NCBI GenBank assembly: GCA_031414775.1
Contig: JANOQI010000032.1
Location: 1-48,467, forward strand
Source: Synechococcales cyanobacterium VAR_4_metabat_354
GTDB lineage: Bacteria > Cyanobacteriota > Cyanobacteriia > Cyanobacteriales > Chamaesiphonaceae
DNA length: 48,467 nt
Reading direction: 5' to 3'
Under the pieces are notes generated by a model. It ran no database searches. It was not told where the DNA came from and saw nothing but the letters and a program-made list of their open reading frames with translations. The translations under genes and the position numbers were made by a program. Shown here one piece after another: positions 1 to 8,217 of this stretch (position 1 is its first letter; each line of letters opens with the position of its first letter).

Positions 1-136
1 TCTATGTTTGTTACGACACTTTCTGCCCTCCATCGACAGATACTTTCTATTCTGAAGCTGCCAGAGTCCATCTACCACTTACATCTCAAGCCCCGCAAGG
101 CTTAATTCCCTCGTGATTCTCAAAATGAGCGAACGG
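1..136 (+). mobile_element. 3' end of a probable IS1634-family element: transposase C-terminus (1..105, partial) and right terminal repeat (~122-136)
   Basis: Frame 1 reads SMFVTTLSALHRQILSILKLPESIYHLHLKPRKA* (TAA 103-105), resembling the 'TPLSxLQxRILxLLxxxxSIY' tail of IS1634 transposases. It is followed by aaaatgagcgaacgg, which looks like a terminal repeat. Confidence 0.55.
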
Positions 137-247
137 ACAGCCAGTATGTTCTGAGTCAGGATATTTAAAGAAATTTTAATCGATCGATCTCTTCAGGATT
201 CAAGGGTGTCGTTCGATGAGAGCGTTCGAGCTGCTACATGACCCTCA

Positions 248-1606
248 TTAACTAACGGAAGGTAATCCAGCTAGTGCCATCGCCACTTCTGCCGAACTAT
301 ACTTGGTATCTACGAGTTTTCCGGCTTGATAGTCCATGTATGCCTGCATATCAAAGTGGCCGTGACCGCAGAGATTAAATAGAATTACTTTACTCTCGCC
401 AGACTCTTTGCATTTGAGGGCTTCATCGATCGCCGCTTTCACAGCATGATTTGCTTCTGGTGCAGGTAAAATGCCTTCAGCCCGTGCAAACGTCAATCCT
501 GCCGCAAAACAACCTAATTGGTATTCCGATCGCGCTTCAGCCAGTCCTAGCGCGACCACATGACTCATCAGCGGAGCCATCCCGTGATAACGCAAGCCTC
601 CGGCATGAATACCTTCGGGGACAAAGGTGCTACCTAAAGTGTGCATCTTCATCAATGGTGTCAAATGTGCCGTATCGCCGAAATCGTAGGCATACTTGCC
701 ACGAGTCAGCGTCGGACAAGCAGCGGGTTCGACGGCAATTATTTCCACGTCGCGTTCGCCTCTTAACTTGGCACCGAGAAACGGAAAAGCAATTCCGGCA
801 AAGTTACTGCCCCCACCCGTGCAACCAATCACCAAATCTGGATAATCTCCAGCCATTTCCATCTGTACCAAAGCTTCTTGTCCGATGACAGTTTGATGGA
901 GAAAAACGTGATTGAGGACGCTACCCAAAGCATAGTTACTCTGCTCATCAGCTGCTGCAATTTCTACAGCCTCACTAATGGCAATGCCCAAACTGCCCGT
1001 ACTATTGGGGTGTGTAGCTAAAATCGATCGACCAGATTGAGTTTCGGTGCTAGGGCTGGCCACAACTCTGGCTCCATAGGTTTCCATCAGCGCGCGCCGA
1101 TAGGGTTTTTGGTTGTAGCTAACTTTCACCATATAAACCAAAACTTCTAACCCAAATAGCGCACCCGCGAAAGCCAGTGAAGATCCCCATTGTCCCGCGC
1201 CAGTTTCGGTGATTAACCGTTTGATACCTGCTTGCTTGTTGTAATATGCCTGGGCAACAGCAGTATTGGGTTTATGGCTACCAGCGGGGCTAACACCTTC
1301 ATATTTGTAGTAAATTTTGGCGGGAGTATCGAGGACTTGCTCTAGGCGGCGGGCACGATATAAGGGAGTCGGTCGCCATTGTTGGTAGATCGATCGCACC
1401 TCGTCGGGAATTTCGATCCATCGCTCTTGACTTACTTCCTGCTCGATTAGACTCATCGGAAACATGGGTGTTAAGTCAGCGGGGGAGATTGGTTGTCCGG
1501 TACCAGGATTGAGAATCGGTGGCAATGGGGTGGGTAAATCTGCTTGGATGTTATACCAAGCGATGGGCATTTGGTTTTCGGTCAGGAGGTATTTGATTTG
1601 GTTCAT
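248..1606 (-). CDS. trpB2: TrpB-like PLP-dependent enzyme (TrpB2, tryptophan synthase beta type 2)
   Basis: 452 aa. Has GSHKPNTA (PLP lysine), [17 protein letters not shown] and [11 protein letters not shown] motifs, plus the long N-terminal extension typical of TrpB2. Confidence 0.93.
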   Translation of the reverse strand: MNQIKYLLTENQMPIAWYNIQADLPTPLPPILNPGTGQPISPADLTPMFPMSLIEQEVSQERWIEIPDEVRSIYQQWRPTPLYRARRLEQVLDTPAKIYYKYEGVSPAGSHKPNTAVAQAYYNKQAGIKRLITETGAGQWGSSLAFAGALFGLEVLVYMVKVSYNQKPYRRALMETYGARVVASPSTETQSGRSILATHPNSTGSLGIAISEAVEIAAADEQSNYALGSVLNHVFLHQTVIGQEALVQMEMAGDYPDLVIGCTGGGSNFAGIAFPFLGAKLRGERDVEIIAVEPAACPTLTRGKYAYDFGDTAHLTPLMKMHTLGSTFVPEGIHAGGLRYHGMAPLMSHVVALGLAEARSEYQLGCFAAGLTFARAEGILPAPEANHAVKAAIDEALKCKESGESKVILFNLCGHGHFDMQAYMDYQAGKLVDTKYSSAEVAMALAGLPSVS

Positions 1607-1646
1607 TATTTTATATTCGGTAGAGATTGAAAGTTACGTTCTATGC

Positions 1647-2929
1647 TTAAGGTGATTTTTGAGCCAATACTGGCTGACCTGTCTGCGCCACCCGTTCGAC
1701 AATATCGGCTGCGCGACTCACTCCCCCAGCACGACGAATTGCTGCTTGTAGCCTCACTGCATTCTGTTTATGAGAATCTTCCGCTAACACTTTTTTCACC
1801 GCTACCTGTAGTCTCGCACTAGTTAACTTAGGGAGGGTGATTACCTCTCCAGTCCCCGTCCAAGCGATCCTTGCTGCCACCCCTGGCTGGTCGTTGGCGA
1901 TGGGAATCGCCACCATCGGCACCCCATTACTCAAAGATTCTAAAGCAGTGTTCATACCCGCGTGGGTGATAGTCAGAGTAGCTCTTTGCAGTAGTTCTAG
2001 CTGCGGTGCGTAGCCGACAACGAGGGGAGAGCCAGGTAAATTTGGCAGGGATGCTGGATTACTGCCACCACCTAGAGCAATGACTAATTGAGCATCCAAT
2101 CCCACACACGCCTGGGCAATCTTTTCAAATACTCCACTCAGTTGGTTTTGGAGAGTGCCCATTGAGGCATAAATCAGCGGCTGCCCGGTGAGCTGCTCAA
2201 ACGGGAAAGAAGCAGGTTCGCGACTATCAGGACGAGCATAAGGCCCCGTGAAATGGAAGAATGGGGATAAGTGCTGCCGAGGAAATTCAAATTCAGGAGG
2301 CTGTTGGCAGATTTGAGCCAGTTTAGAAAAAGGATCGTTGGGATGGATGTATGGAGGCAAGTTCCATTTTTGGCGACGCTCGGCTACTGTCTGGAGAATG
2401 GGTCGAGCCAGACGCGCTAGTAACTCATAGCTGAAGTGGTTGCGAAGTTTTGCCCACCAAGCAGGACTGTAAGACCAATTTGTATTGAACGGCGGAACAC
2501 CTACTTCTAGATTGAGCATCAACGCACAACACACGGTAATAAATGGCAGATTCAACAAATCTGCCATTTATTACCACCAGACGAAGTTTGATCTATCAGT
2601 AATACCTCAACCCCTGCGGCGGAGATCGCTTGTGGAGCTTCATCTAGGAGCATAGTTGTCGATCGCCGGAACATCGTCACGATTTGTTTGAAAGCAGCTA
2701 TACCACTCAACTCTCCCAATCTGGTGTTAGTTACTGCTGAAGCTCCAGCGGGAAATTCGGCTTCACCAAGTGCCCAAAATTCCAATCCGGCAGCTAGGGT
2801 TTGAGGTCGAGCATCGAGAATGCCAAATAGAGTAACGCGATGACCGCGCCTTTTAAGTTCGTGCCCCAGTGTAGTCATGGGATTGAGATGCCCGGTGAGG
2901 GCGGGACAAATGAGGCCAAAATGAGTCAT
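1647..2929 (-). pseudogene. MGT-family (GT1) UDP-glycosyltransferase split by a frameshift near 2552-2580
   Basis: The N-terminal ORF 2552..2929 (MTHFGLICP..GHLNPM..GHRVT) and the C-terminal ORF 1647..2567 (YASMGTL, APQLELL, THAGMNT, NDQP) are two halves of one ~425 aa GT1 protein in different frames. Confidence 0.88.
2535..2575. repeat. Perfect 18-bp inverted repeat with a 5-nt loop, located at the glycosyltransferase frameshift
   Basis: ggtaataaatggcagatt (2535-2552), loop caaca, then aatctgccatttattacc (2558-2575). Confidence 0.95.
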
Positions 2930-3038
2930 GCACGGCTTCCGGTATTTTGTACGTCAGGATATTTATAGAAATTCGATCGGGGTCAGATTTTTGACCGATT
3001 CTAGTTGAGAAATTGCATCGCTGTTTGTTAAAGTCGAT

Positions 3039-3062
3039 TCTCCAGGGGAGAGGCTAAGCCAA
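3039..3062 (-). repeat. 24-nt small dispersed repeat inserted into a CGATCG (HIP1 core) site
   Basis: Minus strand reads TCG-[TTGGCTTAGCCTCTCCCCTGGAGA]-ATCGA. It shares the head motif of the copies at 4289 and 4930. Confidence 0.8.
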
Positions 3063-3339
3063 CGATTTGGGCGGATGAAAAATCCGATCCTGGTGCGATC
3101 TTCAGATCGAGCAAATGGTGACGATGTGGGACTTTCGCTAGATTCTGCCAGAATCTTTTTCTGGTGCTTGCACCTAATAATATTTGCCGTCAGCATGAAA
3201 TATACGGGTCATAACTGTGCGTACGACCAAAATAGACTTTCTTGTGTGCCAAGTTGACGATCCACACAAAAACTCCTATTTTAGAGGTGGACTCCTACTA
3301 GCTACTGATATCGTAGCGATCGCCTGCGAAAATTTGTTG

Positions 3340-3373
3340 CAGAATCTGACGAATTTTTATCAGATTCTGACGA
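3340..3373 (-). promoter_or_regulatory. Tandem direct repeat (21-bp period), candidate AraC-family operator
   Basis: cagaatctgacga (3340-3352) and cagattctgacga (3361-3373) lie in the divergent intergenic region upstream of the AraC gene. Confidence 0.55.
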
Positions 3374-3508
3374 TTTCTCATTTCTTGCCCGAATGAAACT
3401 ACCCTGTTATATTGCAGAGTTCGTAATTCTGGGTTTGATTAAATCCTCATTCCTCAGTAGATAAGTCCACAGATTAGAGCGAATTTTTGTAATAGATAAA
3501 TTATTTTA

Positions 3509-4427
3509 ATGGGTACAAGTAATTTACATCCACAGTTAAATGTAGTAGGTGGGGTTGAAATTTTATCCAGTCAGCAAGTCGGATGGCAGGGCATCTTAGT
3601 CGAAAATTATCAAGCCCTACCAAATCACATTTGCGAGTATAGTTCTGGTGCTCTGTTAGCGCATTGGCTGAGTTTTCCCTCCGTGCAACCCATGTATTTA
3701 GTCCAAAATCATGGCGAATGTTGGCATGAATCGATCGTCAAACAGGACGATCTGGTCTTGGTACCAGCAGGACAATCAACTTACTGGCGATGGCCGACAA
3801 ATAGTTCAACGTCAAACCTTGGCATCTACTTGCAACCGGAATTAGTCGCACAAACGGCTAGATCGGCGGATCTCAATCCAGATCGAATTGAGTTGATGGA
3901 CTGTTTCTCCAGATCTGACCCACATCTGCATCAAATCGCGATGATGCTCTTGGCAGAACTCCGATCGGGTGGCATCATGGGGGAGTTATATGTAGAATCA
4001 TTGACCCAAGTATTAGTTATTCATTTACTGCGAAACTATTGTGTTTTTCAGCCAAATATAGTCGGTTTCTATAGCTTAAATCCCCGTCGATTAAAGAACG
4101 CGATCGATTATATCCACGCTCATCTCGATGGCGATCTATCAATGGTGTAAATTGCCGCAAGTGTGAATAGTAGCCCTAATCACTTTGCCAGTTCCTTTAA
4201 AAGAGCTATGGGTATTTCACTACATCAATATGTGATTAAACAGCGGGTAGAGCGGGCAAAACTGCTACTAGAAACTACAGATTTGTCGTTGGCGTAGCCT
4301 ATCGGAGATAATCGCGAGTATTGCTTCTCAAGTGGGTTTTTCCAGCCAGAGCCATCTGACTTGGCACTGCAAAAATTTTACTGGAATGACACCCAGACAG
4401 CTTTCCAAGCACCATAAGCATCTGTAA
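3509..4427 (+). pseudogene. AraC-family transcriptional regulator, inactivated by an in-frame TAA (4148-4150) and a 22-nt insertion (4289-4310)
   Basis: Reading through the TAA gives IAASVNSSPNHFASSFKRAMGISLHQYVIKQRVERAKLLLETTDLS. Removing 4289-4310 restores IASIASQVGFSSQSHLTWHCKNFTGMTPRQ..*, the second AraC HTH. Confidence 0.9.
4289..4310 (+). repeat. 22-nt small dispersed repeat inserted into TCGATCGC (HIP1-like) site
   Basis: TCG-[TTGGCGTAGCCTATCGGAGATA]-ATCGC. Excision restores the AraC reading frame. Confidence 0.9.
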
Positions 4428-4459
4428 CAAATCGATCGCCTCATGGTAAATACACAGCA

Positions 4460-4882
4460 CTAATATTTCAACTTTGGGAACCAATCAAATACGGAAGGTG
4501 CGCCTCGGAAATACCACAATGCCAAAACTGGATCGCAAATGGCGCACCCAAATGATGATAGTGGCACGAATGGAACAATCGGGGTGCCATACAAATGATG
4601 GACTGTATCCCATGCGGTGTGCAGTAGCCAGCCAATGCCAATAAGTCGGTAATCCTTTAGTCCCCAATAGGCAACACCAGTCATCACAGTACAGAAGGCA
4701 AATTCCCAGCCGAGTAAGCCACCATTGAGATACGCAGCTCCAGCCCCGGCAATCATCAGGGCACTGAAATTTTGGTGGTTTGGCTCCCTAAATAGAGAGC
4801 AGAGGGTAATAAAAATTAGAGCCACAACTAATGGTGCAATTAGCTGGATGATTGTTATTTCGGGTCTAGATTGGATTGGCAT
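4460..4882 (-). CDS. Integral membrane protein, DUF6010-like
   Basis: 140 aa and hydrophobic, with AGAGAAYL, GWLLHTAWDTVHHLYG and CAICDPV motifs. Confidence 0.75.
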   Translation of the reverse strand: MPIQSRPEITIIQLIAPLVVALIFITLCSLFREPNHQNFSALMIAGAGAAYLNGGLLGWEFAFCTVMTGVAYWGLKDYRLIGIGWLLHTAWDTVHHLYGTPIVPFVPLSSFGCAICDPVLALWYFRGAPSVFDWFPKLKY

Positions 4883-4929
4883 AGTATTACTCTGACGTTA
4901 TTTTATTAGTTAGCAACAGAATCTGAGCG

Positions 4930-4951
4930 TTGGCGTAGCCTACCGGAGGTG
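4930..4951 (+). repeat. 22-nt small dispersed repeat inserted into GCGATCGA site
   Basis: GCG-[TTGGCGTAGCCTACCGGAGGTG]-ATCGA. It supplies the stop codon of ORF 4940..5353. Confidence 0.88.
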
Positions 4952-5353
4952 ATCGAATACCTCATGCCACGATCGATGAACCAATGTGGTTGAGGATGTA
5001 AATAATGAAAAGCCGAGTAGTGGGTGGAGAATACCTAAATGCAAGAGCTGATTTAAGTGCCCCGTGATGAATTGCAGCGTCAGTAGGATTGCTAAACCTA
5101 CTGTCAGCATCTTGATTTTTTGAGGGAATGGATGAACGAACAGCCCTGTTAACAGTAGAACAACTAGTCCACCATAGTCGCGCACCAGTAGAATGTGAAT
5201 GTTCCACCAATTAGGATCGTCGAAAACTGCTAATCCAACTGTTAATAGTTGAGCGATGAGGCAAAGGTTAAATAGTACTGCGATCGCCAGAAATCCTTTT
5301 TGAATCCAGCGTCCAGGTAATTTAGTTTGCTTGGAATGAAGATCTATCATCAC
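4940..5353 (-). CDS. Membrane protein, DUF6220-like
   Basis: 137 aa with ~4 hydrophobic segments; motifs LFNLCLIAQ..VGLA, WW.IH and LHP. Confidence 0.65.
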   Translation of the reverse strand: MMIDLHSKQTKLPGRWIQKGFLAIAVLFNLCLIAQLLTVGLAVFDDPNWWNIHILLVRDYGGLVVLLLTGLFVHPFPQKIKMLTVGLAILLTLQFITGHLNQLLHLGILHPLLGFSLFTSSTTLVHRSWHEVFDHLR

Positions 5354-5477
5354 GATCGAGATTATTGCTAAACATAAGTTTTGGGGTAGATCGTGTGTCG
5401 ATATCGACTAGAGTACGAACGATTGAAGTTCGGAATAAGGATTTCACTCAAAGATTACTAGCTTCGCTTGGCACAAC

Positions 5478-5548
5478 CTGAAGTGGACGATTCTTTAGTC
5501 CACTTCAGTGGACTTGAGCCGCTAGCCAGCACTTTAGTCGCGGGCGGG
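5478..5548. repeat. REP-like palindromic intergenic repeat
   Basis: ctgaagtggac (5478-5488) pairs with gtccacttcag (5498-5508). An overlapping hairpin agtccac-ttca-gtggact spans 5497-5514, followed by a weaker GC-rich stem. Confidence 0.6.
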
Positions 5549-5592
5549 TGATGAACGAAGCAAATATTTCTAACCCGTTGGCGTAGTCTCTC

Positions 5593-6261
5593 CTAATTTG
5601 CTCCGACTGGAGCGGGCATCATACCTTGCATAAATAACATTGCCTTATTCACCAACTCTAGCCCCGCTTTTTCTGGCGATCCGGTATCAAATGGCGGAGC
5701 GGGATTATACTCTAGCAATAGTTGCGTAATCTTGGCGACTTCTTCGCCAAAAAGGATACTCGTAAGCGTCAGCCCAAAATCAATCCCTGCGGTTACGCCG
5801 CCACCCGTAATCCGATTGCGATCGACCACAACCCGCTCGGTACCAACCTCAACACCTAATACCGCTAGTTGTCCCCGTGCTGCCCAATGCGTCGCCGCTC
5901 GATAACCTTCGAGCAATCCGGCCTTCGCTAGAAACTGCGATCCGCCGCAGACAGAAGTGATAAATTTAGCGGTGCTGCCTTGTTTGCGGAGAAATGCCAA
6001 TAGCTCTGGATCGTTTTCTACTGCCGCCTGTCCCATCCCGCCACCGATACAGATAATATCCAAACGGGGGCAATTGTCAAAGGTGGTATCTGGTAAAACC
6101 ACCATACCGTCGTCGGTTGTAATAGGGTCGAGCGTTTTCCAGATCCGATAAGTATCGACACCAGGTAGCGGACTTAAGACTTGCTGTGGCCCGATAATAT
6201 CGAGAGCTGTCATGCCAGGAAAAAATACCAAACCAAGAGTGTATTTTGGGGAGTCAGTCAT
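5593..6261 (-). CDS. DJ-1/PfpI family protein (isonitrile hydratase-like)
   Basis: Motifs LDIIGP, SVCGG (nucleophilic Cys), ATHW, GGGVTAGIDFGL and EYNPAPPF. The likely start is ATG 6261 (MTDSPKY) rather than 6291. Confidence 0.88.
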   Translation of the reverse strand: MTDSPKYTLGLVFFPGMTALDIIGPQQVLSPLPGVDTYRIWKTLDPITTDDGMVVLPDTTFDNCPRLDIICIGGGMGQAAVENDPELLAFLRKQGSTAKFITSVCGGSQFLAKAGLLEGYRAATHWAARGQLAVLGVEVGTERVVVDRNRITGGGVTAGIDFGLTLTSILFGEEVAKITQLLLEYNPAPPFDTGSPEKAGLELVNKAMLFMQGMMPAPVGAN

Positions 6262-6333
6262 AAATCGATTTCCTAGTGATGAGAGTAACAAAGCTGATAG
6301 TGTCTATAATAAAAGTGGAAATCAATCGCGCAT

Positions 6334-6351
6334 AGTCCTCGATCGGGTACT
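6334..6351. promoter_or_regulatory. Imperfect 18-bp palindrome, candidate LuxR-type operator
   Basis: agtcctcgatcgggtact lies between the divergent DJ-1 and GAF-LuxR genes. A minus-strand -10-like TATTAT is at 6311-6306. Confidence 0.5.
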
Positions 6352-6363
6352 CTTTTTGACACT

Positions 6364-7023
6364 ATGGTTGCTTCCTTACAGCCTTTATTTGCGTCGATCT
6401 ATTCGGTCAAAGACGAACGAAATTTAAAAGCAGATGTCACATCAAAACTGGGCGAACACTTCGCAGCTAATCGATCGGGTATTTTTTTCTTCGACGAAAT
6501 TTCCCAGCTAGACCCCAACCTTCAAAAAATTCTCAAGGTTGCTCTGTCAATCGAACATAATCCCGTCGCCCGTTACCTTACAGAGCGTCACGCGCCCGTA
6601 CATGAAGGATTGGTGACATCACCCAAGGTGTGGAAGATGATTTGTCCGCGTCCCGATCATTGGCATGTAATGGCGGGGCCGATCGTCGTTCGCGGTCAAT
6701 TGGTAGGAGCGGTGGGCTGTACTCGCGATCGATCGATGCCTGCTTTCGACACCCAAGATCTAGCCGATTTGAGTGGCATCTGTCTACACTTATCAATCTG
6801 GGCGGCAACAACGCGGTCGTCATCCTCATCTTTTAAAAATGAGTTACTCACAGCGCGGGAATTGCAAATTGTCGAACTAGTTGCCTTAGGACGCACGAAT
6901 GCAGAGATTGGCACTGAGTTGTGGATTACCGAAAATTCCGTTAAACAGGCTCTAAAGCGGATGTTTCGGAAGCTGGAAGTCTCCTCTCGAGCCGAAATGG
7001 TGGCACAGCTTGCCGCCAGTTAG
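6364..7023 (+). CDS. GAF-domain plus LuxR C-terminal HTH transcriptional regulator
   Basis: C-terminus LTARELQIVELVALGRTNAEIGTELWITENSVKQALKRMFRKLEVSSR is a LuxR HTH. The N-terminal HNPV..CPRPDHWHVMAGPI region is a GAF-like sensor. Confidence 0.9.
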   Translation: MVASLQPLFASIYSVKDERNLKADVTSKLGEHFAANRSGIFFFDEISQLDPNLQKILKVALSIEHNPVARYLTERHAPVHEGLVTSPKVWKMICPRPDHWHVMAGPIVVRGQLVGAVGCTRDRSMPAFDTQDLADLSGICLHLSIWAATTRSSSSSFKNELLTARELQIVELVALGRTNAEIGTELWITENSVKQALKRMFRKLEVSSRAEMVAQLAAS

Positions 7024-7093
7024 GATTACTCGCTTAAACTGAGCCGATATTTTAGAATCAAATTGTCGATTAGTTAAAAATGAGATAGTTCCA

Positions 7094-8041
7094 GTGATGC
7101 TTAAAAGAGTTTTGCTTTGCACCTTTGGCTTATTCTTACTGACAGTAGGTTGTACGAGTGTTAACTCCAGTAGCAACAAAGACACCCCAAATAACCCAAA
7201 CGAAATTACAACGCCTAACAACAACAGCAGCAACAAGTTACGCCAACGGATCGAACAAATCGCTCGAACTGCTCAAGGGCGTGTGGGGATTACAGCCACA
7301 GTGCTAGAAACTGGAGAGTCAGTGACTCTGAATGGAAATCAGCGATTTCCAATGCAAAGCGTTTACAAGTTGCCGATTGCGATGGCTATTTTAACTCAGG
7401 TAGATCGAGGGAAACTCAAACTAGACCAAAAGATTCGGGTTAAGGTAAGCGATATTGTCCAGGGTAGTCAGATTTTAGACCAGAAATCGGCAGGAGTAGA
7501 ATTAACTCTGGCTGAACTATTGAAATACATGGTTTCGGAAAGTGATAACACGGCTTGCGATCTACTGTTGCGGCTCGTTGGCGATCCAAAGACTGTCACC
7601 CAGTATTTGCGTGGTCTTGGTATCAATGACATAGTTGTTGCCAACACAGAGCAGGAGCTAAGACAGAATCCAGCAGTGCAGTATCGCAACGATGCAACTC
7701 CTGATGCTGCCGTCGTTTTATTACGCACTTTCCATGAGGGCAAAGGATTATCAAAACTCAGTCAAGCGCTACTACGGCGATTGATGACGGAAACTTCTAC
7801 AGGTAAAAAACGCATTAAAGGATTGTTGCCGAAGGAGACAGTTGTGGCTCATAAAACTGGTACTTCGGCTACTGTCAATGGCGTGACGGCTGCAACAAAT
7901 GATGTGGGACTCGTGACGCTACCGAATGGACGGCATTTAGCGATCGCCGTTTTTGTTGCAGATTCAACGGCTAACAGTGCGATCCGTGAAGAAGCGATCG
8001 CCAAGGTGACACGAGCGGTATGGGATGAATGGAGTAAATAA
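7094..8041 (+). CDS. bla: Class A serine beta-lactamase (A2-like), predicted lipoprotein
   Basis: FPMQSVYK (SxxK), SESDN (SDN), ANTEQE (omega-loop Glu), HKTGTS and TNDVG motifs. The signal peptide ends in lipobox LTVG-C, followed by an Asn/Ser-rich linker. Confidence 0.92.
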   Translation: MMLKRVLLCTFGLFLLTVGCTSVNSSSNKDTPNNPNEITTPNNNSSNKLRQRIEQIARTAQGRVGITATVLETGESVTLNGNQRFPMQSVYKLPIAMAILTQVDRGKLKLDQKIRVKVSDIVQGSQILDQKSAGVELTLAELLKYMVSESDNTACDLLLRLVGDPKTVTQYLRGLGINDIVVANTEQELRQNPAVQYRNDATPDAAVVLLRTFHEGKGLSKLSQALLRRLMTETSTGKKRIKGLLPKETVVAHKTGTSATVNGVTAATNDVGLVTLPNGRHLAIAVFVADSTANSAIREEAIAKVTRAVWDEWSK

Positions 8042-8071
8042 TTACAGAGCATCTGCTCTGGTTAGCGAAGA

Positions 8072-8196
8072 AGTGACAATTTCTTCACGGCGGAGGGCAT
8101 TGTCCCAAAGCAGCCACAGGATGGCATAGTCGCGTCTACCAAGATCAGTGGTTCGATCGACTTGAGCTAATTTTGCCGATAGTCTTCCACGGGTAC
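8072..8196 (-). pseudogene. Fragment of a tyrosine recombinase/integrase (Box I region)
   Basis: Minus strand reads VPVEDYRQ, then after a 1-nt frameshift LAQVDRTTDLGRRDYAILWLLWDNALRREEIVT, matching the RDxAIxxLLxxxxLRxxE Box I motif. Confidence 0.8.
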
Positions 8197-8217
8197 TCTC
8201 ACCATTTATAAAATAGG

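Noticed and set aside
2963..3257. Short ORFs 2963..3196 (-) and 3075..3257 (+)
   Set aside because: No recognisable motifs. The region is decayed and contains a repeat insertion.
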